A DNA stretch of 64,000 bases from the NCBI GenBank assembly GCA_002633005.1, contig NMRA01000149.1, forward strand, positions 766,737-830,736, given 5' to 3'. The position numbers and the translations under genes are program-made. The notes under the pieces were generated by a model. That model was given only the letters and a program-made list of their open reading frames with translations. It was not told the origin of the DNA and did not search any database. Positions 13,801-25,800 of this stretch are shown piece by piece. Every line of letters starts with the position of its first letter. Position 1 is the stretch's first letter. Source of the DNA: Phoronis australis. Its lineage: Eukaryota; Animalia; Phoronida.

Positions 13801-16800
13801 CCTTAGCTACTGATGGTATTTTGGATGTTTTGCTCACAATTTTGCTTTTGAACTGCATCAGAGCTGTGTTGCATCTCAATCGTGATGAACAGGTGTGTGC
13901 GTGCTTGCGTGTTACCTGCTGTAGTCGCTTTTACTTCATTGTTTAGACTTGTTCATTATGTTGGGTTAAGGTACGTTTTGCATTGATTATTGAATTTTTC
14001 ACTCCTGATACAAATTAGATCACAATGGCAATAATGGCATTTTCTAAGCCAACACTAACGCGTGTTATCTTACTCAAGTCTGGTTACTAAAACCTGTGCC
14101 TAAAGCAACTTTCATCTACAGTTTGGTCTCTAGAGCATGCAATCAATGATTTGTGTTCTGAGTCCTGTACACACGTTCCTTCTGGCAAGGGAGACAATTC
14201 TTGTTACAACAGGTCATTAATTTGACAGCCACTGGGCAGGGCTGATAACCATTCGCTTCAATCTACAACCTTAGAAAGTCCAGTGATAAAGTGTTTTTAG
14301 ATAAGTAGCTGTTGATTCTGCACAATACCAACAATATTAATTACCCATTTTTACATTTTTAGTCAATGCGATGCATCTTGTGCATAAGAATGTGCATGAA
14401 GTGTTTGCTTAATATGGGCATAAATGGTCACTGTTTGAGAAGTGTCTTTTGGAAAATTTACATTATTCAGCATGATGTAATCTTTGTTTTTCTAAATGAC
14501 AACTGTTAACTTTCAGAACTTGAATGTAAAGAACATTGTGAATGAATGCTGGTTTCAGGGAGACGAGAAGAGTTATGTTGTCAAGGTAATCAACAGATAA
14601 ATCCTAAATGGACTGATAAATCAGTAGTTATGTCTAAAACTTAGATGAATTTGTTATATAATAGTCAGGTGCTGGAAAATCGCAGTAGTTCCTTGAATTA
14701 TGGGATGTACATTTAAACATAATGGTTCATATCAACACGTACGTTTTGAGTCTCATTCATTTGCCTTTTACAAACCGTTCAGTCTACCGTGTCTCATTCT
14801 TTTGTGTACCTGTGATAGTATTGTGCAATAGAATTGGTTGATATATTGCTGCGCTGAGTTGTTAAAGCCAAAATGACAAGTTTTAAACTGGAATGAGTCA
14901 TATTAGCAGCAGTATAGCTTATCATAAAAGCTGTCGATGAACACTTCCAGTCCATGGTGTTTTGTGTATTAAATGCTAAATTGTCATATGAAAATATAAA
15001 AAAGGGGTCCATGGCTTTCACCCCAAATTTCAAACCAAAACCGTGTTTTTTTACAGGTAGCACTGCATGTAATTCTATCATGTTTTAACATGGCTTGATA
15101 ATTTAGTCAACATTTTCTTAACCAGGCAATAAAAAGTGTTGATCCTGACTTCATGCTAAACCCTCCACCCACGGGTGATCGCTACAACTGTGCCTTGGTG
15201 GACGATCTGAACCATGTGAACATGGTTTGTGAGAACCCGTTTGCGGGTGTAATAGACTCGTCCAGCCTGAGGGAGCGTGCAGACCAACAGTTATACTGGG
15301 AGAAACGGATGTTTCTATCAGTAAATTCCATCGAGCAACTCCCGCCCCCTACAGACAAGACAATAGAAATGGTAAGTCAATTGTAGTTTATGATACACTA
15401 AACATTGTTTTTGCATATTTTAACAAATCTTGGTATTACTCTATCTCTGACGTTTGAAAGTTTGACTCTATGCACCCGTGTTTGTAAGCTCGGATGGGCC
15501 AAGTTTGCCGCTGACCAGCATCTCTGGCGGCCATCTGGAAGTTAACATTTTTTATTTGACAAGTTATGGAGATGGTGATCGTGATACTTGCTGAACTTTA
15601 TCTTTATTTTCTGATTTGAGTAATCAATTTGTAATATTTGGACTTCCGTTAACCTCGTCTTTATTTTCTAAGATGAAATGTGAAGTTACCTTATAAATGT
15701 CATGTAATATTTTAAATCCACCTTTAATACTTGCTAGCAGCTGGCAAACAAAGAGATAGCACAGGCATCGAATTCTTGAATTGCGAAATTTTGTGTATGG
15801 GCTGGAGGCCTTTTGTGCAACAAGAAGATAAACTTCTTCCATGCTGGAGTGGTCATTTTTCGTGGCACCTAAACAAACTATAATATTCTTTTCACTAATT
15901 ATAAAATGTCACTTTCTGAAAACTTGCCCCACAGGGCAATATGTTGAGTAGAAATTTAGTGTTGCTGTCACCAGAGAGATGGCATTGTGGTCTTGTTGTA
16001 GCGAGAGAAGTTGAAGATGTTGCATGATGAGTGGAAAACAAGCCTTCTAGTATCATTTAATAGAAAAGTGGAATCCCTTAATAAACGTAAGTAATACTTA
16101 TTTTCAGCTAGGGGTCGTTTTATCAAAAGGTAGGAAACTATTATGCTGCGCTATTTTTAGTAGAGTGAAAATGTTGTAACTGACTTTAAGTTGGTAATTT
16201 TTTAAATTCAGACTTAGCAAACGCCTTTGTGCATTAAAAGTGCAGCCATGTTCTGTGTGCATATTGGGATGCAGAATGCTTGCAATGAGTGTAAACAGTT
16301 TGATTTCGGATCGCATGCAACCATATCTATGTTTTGTAGACATGTTCCCAATTGTGCACATCTGTGTATTACATCACTCTTTTGAACATGGGAAGCAATG
16401 AAGGCTGTCTGAAAAGACACACCTTCAAGCACATGTCTTAAATCTCCCATTATACCTGAAGTCTTGATTTCAAATCCTTGAATGACCAGGCTGTTTTGTT
16501 GATCAATCTTCTTGTAATGTAACTAAATGTTCTGAAATGAACTCTGTATTATTTTTTGAAGACGTATACTCTCCACCCATTGTTCATTGTGCTCATTTAT
16601 GAGACCATTTCACGGTTGCATAACACAGTCCAGTGAGGCAGTCAAATATGTTGCATAACATAGTCCCAAGAGGCACACCCAACTATGTTCCCTAAATTTT
16701 CTGCGCATTTATTGACTTATTGCAAAAACTGGTTTTCTTTTATTGTGCTTTTTTATCGTCTTTCCTATGTCGAGTTTTAGCTTTGGCAAACAGGTAGACT

Positions 16801-19800
16801 AGACTCTACATTATTCTTGATATGAGGTGAAATTAAACAGGGCCCTTTTCATGTAACGTGCCTTGTTTAAGACCATAGTCCCTCTTCATTTTGGTTGGAA
16901 TAAGGGCTCGCTTTTAAGATGTGTTATTAACAGAAAATGTCACAAGTAAAAGAGGTACTCACAATGATAAATTGATAGAAAAACATAACATTACGTAGTG
17001 ATCAGACGAAGCTGAAAATGGAACATAGTTGAGTCACTATAAGGAAAATTAAATCTATTACTGGACTTACAGATTGAGTTGGCTACATTGCGTCATCCTC
17101 TCGCAAGGTAGCCAACTCAATCCGTAAGTCCAGTAATAAATTTAATTTTCTACATATTATTTACTCAACTGGATGACTGAAAGTATTCATCACATTATCA
17201 CTAAGGACTGACTCATGCAACCGTACACATATGCTCAGCAGCTATCCCTTCGTGAAGTTCACTCTGATCAATGCGATAGACCATATACTGATGTGTTAAG
17301 TTGTTTAATCATCACAGCAAACCATGTGCTCAGCAACTATCCCTATGTGAAGTTGTTTGTTCTGATCAATGCAGCAGACCATATACTGACATCATGTTTA
17401 GTTGTTTAATCATTACAGGAGACCATACGCTCAACATGTATCCCTACGTGAAGTTGTTCAAACCAGAAGAGTATGTGGAGCTCATTCTTCAGGTAATGTG
17501 TCACGGTAGTTCTGGGCTCACGCTCATTTGGTACAAAATTCATCATTTTCTGTACTTCGGCACTGTACATATTTAATAAAAGACCAGGTTGTGCAAGGAA
17601 ATTAGTATGCAACCCATATTTTGGAATGAAAATGAACTGTTGAAGATATCCAGTCAACTCTTTAAGGCATTGTGCATAATCACTGTCATCTGGACATAGT
17701 TGCTACGACATTTCTAATTCATTTCTAATCTTGCAAAACACGTTTAAAATCTGCACTTTAGTTTACTTCGAAATAGTCAATAATCACATTGTCTGCTTTG
17801 TGATTAGCTGATGTATTGGGTATTTCTATCTTGTGTCTGAATTTGAAATCATACTTGATCTTAAGATCATGTAGACCTCATCTTGGAACACTAGGATCAC
17901 TCAACCAATCTTGAGATTATGTAAAGAAGAGGTTTATGTTATTAAGCTTTCAAACGTGTATAAAGTTACATGGATTTTAATATGTTTCAAATTTTCAGCT
18001 TCTTTCTTGAAAATTCATTTAATACAAAGTAGAAAAAAGAAAAAAACCGCGGCATTTTGAAGCACCAGATCGGCAAATGCTGCAGAAAACTATTAAATGA
18101 CGCAACCACTCAACGACTTATTAGCCTTGCAAAGCATAAAGACATGATGACAAACTCAATTTCTTCCTGCAGGTCGTGTCAATCAGTTAATTTAATCAGT
18201 ATATCACCATGACATTTCTTATGACATTTACAGGAAATCCAGCTTCTGGCCACTCAGTCCAGTAGTTTCAGCCCTGTTATCAGCGTACTTTGGAAGCGAC
18301 TTGCTGAGCGTGCTCAACGCAAGTATATCATACAGGACAAACTGCTCAACAAACATGCTGAGAAGGTTAGTATCACCTGGTACTGCTCATGGACATCTGT
18401 GATGTAGTTCTAAGGTGCCAGCCTCCACAGACTGTTCAGAATATTTGGTTTCAACATTTTCAAACTCTGTTTTTAAAACATTTTTTGCAAATATATTTCA
18501 TAGTGCATGAGCATTTATTGGTTTCTGGTGAAAATAACCACTTCTTGGAGGTGTCTAGGAAGTGCACGGTTTGTTTAAATCTAACTTGAATTTATAACTC
18601 CTTTTTATGTGACAACATGTGGGTGTTGATGTCATCATGTCCAAGTGTCCACTCAATATCTCAAATGCCCCTGATCAGATCTTCATGGAATTTGGCACAA
18701 GGGTGTTGGGCATCACTGTGACTTTGGGGGCTACTTTTTAATCTGCCTAGCCCCTAGGCCTTTCAGTGTTATTTGGGGGTGATATCTAGAGAACTGATGG
18801 ATGGATTTCAATGAAACTTGCCACATAGGTTTGTGACAATAATGTGTCGGCATCAGTTGATTTTCGGCTGAGTATGACCACTGCAACCCCCTGGTGGCCA
18901 TTTTAGTGCTTTCAGTACTTGGAGGAAGAGTAGATCGGCATGTTTTCAAGACAATCAGTTGATGGATTTCAATGAAAAAATGTTTGTTTAGTTGAACATG
19001 ATTTGAAACTGGATTTTTTTTTGTTTTTCGTGTGTTATTTTAGCATTCAATTGAAATTTAAGCTTTCAGAAAAATATTGCAAAATATGGATTTTTAGCGT
19101 GGTTGTTATGTTCCATTTGGGTTGGCTGCCCTGCATGTGGTATTACTTTAGTAATTGTTTCATCATGTTAACAACCATAGGTAGCTTAACACACTCTCTC
19201 TCTCTAGGTATCTGAAGTGTACAGTGAATTTACTGATGTCTACAATGGTCAGTTGACCAATCACCGGGAGGCGTGGCTTGATATAGTCCATCGGCATGAC
19301 GCGGGTACCACCTTGGACGTTTCTGAGAAACACTGGCCTTGGCATATCATCAGATCTGTAAGCGGTGTTGTATAAGAATTTTGCCTTTTACAAAGGAGAA
19401 ATACTTGTTTACGTTATGGCGTGCATCGTCTGAAGTTATTACATTATTAAATTTCGCCAAGTATGTTGTTCTGACATCAAGTTTTTTCCTTTTTTTGTTA
19501 GTTTGCACTCTACAGGCCACATTTGTTGTCCAATTTTCATGAAATTTTTACACAACTTGTAGTTCTGGAAATACTGGAAGCCTATTGTTTTTGGTCATGA
19601 TCGGATTCAAGATGGCGCATGTGGCAGCCATTTTGTTTCCGATTTATGATTCAGTTGCTCATAGAGGCTGCAATTTTTGACGTATCAAGTTGAAAATCAC
19701 CACGACCATAAAGCTATAAATGTTCTACAACTATGCCAGAAATCATTGTCTGATCAAAGATGGCGGAAATATCGACAATTACGCATGCGCACTTCGATTT

Positions 19801-22800
19801 TGGGCAAAAAATTTTTCTCCTGTAGAGGGTGCACTATAGGACCAACTGCTTCGAAATTTTTTAGGTGTTAGTTTTATATGGCACCCTATTATGCAATCTT
19901 TAAAAACCGGAAGTTGCTTTCAAGATGGCGGATCTGGCACACTTTGACCCATTTTCAGTTGTGCTGGGGTGCCATTTTAAACGGGAAGAGAAAATGACAT
20001 GACTTTTTGCATGTGGATTCTCTAAGGTATGTTCTTTCAAATGAAATTCAACAATTTTTTCTCAGGCTAACCGTTTTCAAGTTATTTGACTTTGAATTTC
20101 AAAAAAACACAAAATTTCACGTAAAATTTACGGAATATTGCGAAACTATCAATTTAGATAAGAGTTTTGAATGGGCTTTTAGACGATATTTCCCATTTTT
20201 CGGTAGGATGTCTACTTTTTGAATTATCCGAGATTTTCTGATTGCGCTGTTCCTTTGTTGAGCGCTTTTGCTGCATTGATGTTGGTTTATCTTCTATTGA
20301 ACAAGACTGTAGCCTATTTCTGACTGATTTATGACATCTAAGTTTGTCATATGAATGTTATATGTTGTTCATCATCATGGCCACCATCATCATCACATTT
20401 GTCATCTTTGTCATCATCTCCGTCGTCGAACTATATTCGTCATATGAATCATTACTTGTATGGCTCATCATCGCCACCATCGTCGTCATATTCATCATCT
20501 TCGTCGTCATCTCTATCGTCGTCTTTTCTGTTAATTTCGCCAAGTTTTGCTCCTCGGAGCGCTTTCATTTAGTATTTCCCCTCTGCTACTGATAGTATCC
20601 TCCATTACTTGCTTAAGCAGTAAAGTTTATTGAACCATGATACTGATATGTTGTGTAAGATATTCAGTCAGAATGAATGTACTTTGTCAGTGCAGCCCAG
20701 TTTTTTTCTAAAACTTTACCCTTGTTATTAATTGGAATTACCATCAATTCCGTGGGTCAGAACATTGTGATGCTTTATGGGCAATTTGTAAGAATGGTCT
20801 CGGGTCCAGTTTGTAAAATTCAGCTGCACGGACTACTTTACAGACAAATAAATATACAAGTATCGACTGTGTGCACTTCATTTTGCATAGAGGTTACCAC
20901 ATGTGTTCATGTGTCTCCATGGCCTGGCATCTCAGGGCTCGACGCTGTTAAAGTTGCCAGGTCGCATCGCATTTTGCGACCTAGCCAAAATCCCAGATCA
21001 CATTTTCAAAATCCAGCTCGCATTTGTAAATGCCAGGTCGCAAAATTTTTCTGCCATTTTTACGCGCCAAAATTGATTTTCAGGTGATCGAGAAAATGTT
21101 TAGATTATGCTTTTACCTGCAGTATTAAATACTCACAAATTTCAGATCGAAAAATTGACTTCGTTCATGCAGGTACAGCATTCGGGGCTTGGAATTTTCC
21201 GCGGAAACTCTGATTTCCGCCCTTTTTCAAATGTTCAGTCCGCGTATTTTATTATATTTCTGCGTAAAAAAAATTGGTTTTGATGTAAAATTTCCGCAGT
21301 AAATTTCTTTCTTACCACGGCGTTGCCGACGACTTTCACCTCGAAAAGCGGAAGTTGCTCTTTATGTTTCGGACATTGCCGGGCACCTGGGATAGCGTTG
21401 TGGATTTCTTCAATGGCGTCTCGTGAGATTGTAAATCACGGTGACAAACACTACGACTCTGCAGCCAAAAATGTGTAAAATGTGTGGAGGTGGGAGTGAA
21501 CGGACGAGCTAAACAGACGTAGACGCACGCTTCTGGAGGTGGTACCTTTTTTCTTAGTCCTCCCGATTTTTGTCGGCAAAAGGTCCACAATCGACACAAT
21601 TTCAAGGCTGGGTGCACGCATGTTTCGGGCCAGCCATGAAAATTTCCGCTTTTTTTGTCATGGGTCATTCCAAGCCCTGGGCGTTACTGTTCTTCACGAC
21701 CACCATTGAAAGGCTCTAGAGCGCAAGGCTAGTTGCCGACGTGAAAGTTGAATCAGTGCTCTCAAACTGAAGCGTGCATTTGAGTAGCTAAGTTTACGAT
21801 GTGAAAAGGGAAAAAAATGCCCATTGAAAAAGTATCCGGGATTTTGCTAGGTCTGACCTGCTACTGGCTGTCATCAAAGTCGTTAAAGATTCAAACTAAC
21901 TCCTAGTGCAAAGTCCCTCCCCTTTTTGTTCGCAGCCCAAGTTTTGCAATTTAACTAATGATGTTTGAAGAACATCTGTTGAAAAAAATCCGTGAAACGA
22001 TGCCCCAACCGAATGACCTTATTTGGATGCGCAGGAACAATTCAGTGCAAATTTCACAACAAAAATGTGGTACTTATGCTGTTTACGTACTCAACAATTA
22101 GTTTTCCATGAAATGAATAGCCTCGAAATAATTCCCGACTCCCTCCGTGCAGTTTTCCATCGGTTAATGGCAAGTTTGCTCCTCAATACCATCCAAGTAC
22201 GGGAAAAATAGATCAGTCACAAAAATGACACGCATGTCACTAGACGTGTTAACTTTCTTTCAGAGGTATAAAACAAAGCGGGGATTTGGTTTTTACGCAT
22301 ATTGAGAAAAGACGTTTTTTGAAAACTGAATTTGTTGTGTAAAATGAAAGTGAGACCATATAAGCTGCGTGTCAATTTTAAACCACACGCGGTCGTTTGT
22401 TGTGCGCTAGCCTGAGGTGTGGGCGCTTAATTGGAAATTCTCAAAATTTAAGGGGCGACTCTTAGTAGATCAGTGAGCGCTTATTATGAAACACTTCAAA
22501 GGTAGGGAGTAGGCTTGTGCGTGAGCATATTCGTTAACCTGAGTGTTTGCGGTAATAAGATATTAAAACACTGCAATGGTAAGAAACGTTATAGTAATAC
22601 GATTTTGCGAGGCAAACTCCATCTAGTAGGGGTGACTTTCTGGATATCGTTACCACCTACACTGTACCCTTTTTAGCCACCCAGAATAATTTTGTTTTTA
22701 ACTGTCCGCTTCAGCCGGAACATTTTGTTCTTGACAGGGCTTTTCAAGTATATTGGGGGGAAGAGCAACTCGGAATGATATTTAGAGAACTGATTGATGG

Positions 22801-25800
22801 ATTTTTATGAAACTTGACAGAGAGATGAATGATATCAATTCATTGGTTTTATTTGATTTTCGGGTGAATTCGAGTTCTGCAGCACTTCTTACTGACCACT
22901 AGAAACTTATTGTTGTCGATGCTTCATGGGCACATTTGAATACTTATAGGACGGGAGACCAGATGTGTAACTGAGTAAGTTTTATCCTGAATAAGAATTA
23001 TTATGTTTTGTAGCTTGGAAGTTTCCTGTATGATATTATTCTCTATGAAACTAAAATTGACCGGAATACCTTAAAGACAACTGGTGAAAGGTAAAAAACG
23101 CTTTCATATTGTTATGTCTGTTTGAATTCAATGAAAGACTTCAGATCTTAGAACTTAGAAATTATATAATGTTAAATAGACATTTTACATTTTAATGTTT
23201 CAATTGAAGTGCAGTTATTGAACCTGATTTTGGTAGAGAGAAGCTGCCCGCTTTGCTCTTAGAATGAAGTACTCAACATGTACATTGTTAACTTGTAGTT
23301 GTCTGTGTAATAAAGGCTTAAAACATCAGTGACGTTTAATGCTCCACTCATAGAGTTTCTAACTATCGATGGTGAGCATGTCAAAAGTGTAACTTTTGAT
23401 GATTTCGTTTTGTGTTCCTTTGATCATACTTTTTCATCATTTCAGGCATATGATACCTGCCTTTTACACAGTGTTTCGCAAGAATCACAAAAGTCTGCAG
23501 ATGACTGAAGAAGTGAAAGTAAGTTTTAAATTGATAGTTTCTTATTTTCACAACCAGAAAAGCATTAATACCTTGACAGTTTCGGCTCCTCTCCTGATTT
23601 TGTTAGAGGGAAGCTGTGTGCTCTTAGAGTGAAGTACTCGACATGTATACTGTTAACTTGTAGTTTCAATAGTTGTCTGTTAAGCCTATACTACACTACA
23701 CTGTCAAGGTATACTTTTCTGGTTGTGAAAATAAGAAACAATCAATTTGTACCCTACCAACCGCATGAAATTATTTAGTGATAAGTTCCAAAATATCATG
23801 TTGTTCCTTTGTGAACCATCATATGAACACTATTTTCTGTATGTCATCAGTTCAGTATGTTCTGAGCATTAGAATTTTCAGTGCAATTGTTTACCGTTAT
23901 GGTAACTGCATAATTGTCACTACAGTTGGAGGTGCTACTAAGGAATGGAGGTTCCTTTTTTAACACCTGAGTAGATTTGAATGCAGAAACTTTTCATCAC
24001 AATTGTGTTTACCATTTGATTTCCTTAGTGAATGCATGTATACTGAAGGTACTGTTGTTGCACTAACGCCCCCTGGTGAATCTAAGAGTCATCCATTAAC
24101 CAGATTAATGGTGTTTATTATTTTCAAATTTGTCAGCAAAAAAATATTACCTCCAGAAAAAAATCTATTAAATTCAGTATTTTTTGATTTTGTATTTAAA
24201 AAATGCAAGAAAATGGAATGGAACATAATTTAGAAATTGCTTTGTGTGACATGAGCTAAGGATTAGGTTGCTATAGCAACATTATTTTTTTGCCAGGATA
24301 AATCATTTTTATGTTGTTTTTGGAATTTTTTTATTTAATTGAATGTTTGCAGAATTGTTAAACCTTGCCATTTTTAGCCTCACCCAACATTAGTCACCTT
24401 ATACAAAGAAGCTGGGTGGAAGGACCTAAATTTTGAGGTCCATGAATTACCCATGTTGGTCCCTCCAGTACCTTGGACCAGTGTTACATATGGTGGGAAC
24501 TTACTGGGAAGTAGTGAGTATAGATTTAATTACCTGTATTGGTCTCTACGAGACATTGAACCACAGTTACATGTGGTGGAAAAAACTAATTGGAAAGTTG
24601 TGAGCATACAAGCACTTAGAGGTCCATGAATTACCAGCATTTGTCCCTCCAGTGTTACCAGGGATCAATGGAAAGTTGTGAGCATACAAGCACTTAGAGG
24701 TCCATGAATTACCAGCATTTGTCCCTCCAGTGTTACCAGGGATCAATGGAAAGTTGTGAGCATACATGCACTTAGAGGTCCATGAATTACCAGCATTTGT
24801 CCCTCCACTGTTACCAGGGATCAATGAAATGTATTATGAACAGTTTTTGCAGACATAGTGGGTAAATGTTTCAAACTTTAGTGGCAAATATGTGTTGGTG
24901 TGTCAGTAAAGTGCACTGAACTGCAGGATGAAAATTACTTTAATTTAAACAACACAATTTCCACTTCTTGTACTACTGTGTTACGTGTAACATGTTTCTC
25001 ACTGGAAAGTAAAAGTTCAAGTACATAGCTTTGAGTTCATGCTTTCAATTGCCCATCTTGACAAGCTATTCACAAGACCCTCAGCAGAGTGTCCTCAGTC
25101 TTTTCACAGACACCTTTCATTGGTCATAATTTATCATAAAAGTGTAATATATAAATTCTTGTCATCAATTGTTATAAATTCATTTGATAATTTATTTTTT
25201 AAGTTTTCTTATCACTGGAGAATGATTTATGATCAAAAGAGATTTTCCATGAATTTTTCAATGAATTATGATTGCTTATCATCAACCTGATGGTCATTTG
25301 TTGTCAGCATGATGAGCGCTTGTTGTCAGCCTGGTGATAATATATTGTCAGCCTGGTGGTCATTTACTGTCTGCCTGATGGTCATTTACTGTCTGCCTGA
25401 TGGTCATTTACTGTCTGCATGATGGTCATTTATTGTCTGCCTGATGTTTATTTATTGTCAACCTGATGGTCATTTATTGTCAGCTTTATGATCGTTTATT
25501 GTCAGCCTGACATGAATTCATATCAACCCTAATAGCGGCGGGTCTCCACTGATATTGATCCCAATCTCAAAATTAGAAAATCAAAAGTTCTAATTAAAAT
25601 TAGGCTGTCGGTATTAAAATGTTGGTGAATTTTAATTCGCTTGTTCTACATCATCATTGTTAATTTTATTAATATATATTTAGTAATAATAATAATATTA
25701 TTGTTGTTGTTGATGCCTTCTCTAATTTTGTATTGGACTAAATTGCAGCTCAACTAGTGCGAGTCAATGGGATGACTCAGCAGCAGATGATAGAACTGAA

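Noticed and set aside
20344-20592. Hydrophobic / Ser-rich ORFs resembling a membrane protein
   Set aside because: Product of a duplicated (CAT/CGT)n low-complexity tract, open in several frames.
24267-24280. Perfect RFX X-box-like palindrome GTTGCTATAGCAAC
   Set aside because: Single intronic occurrence in repeat-like DNA, far from any evident promoter.
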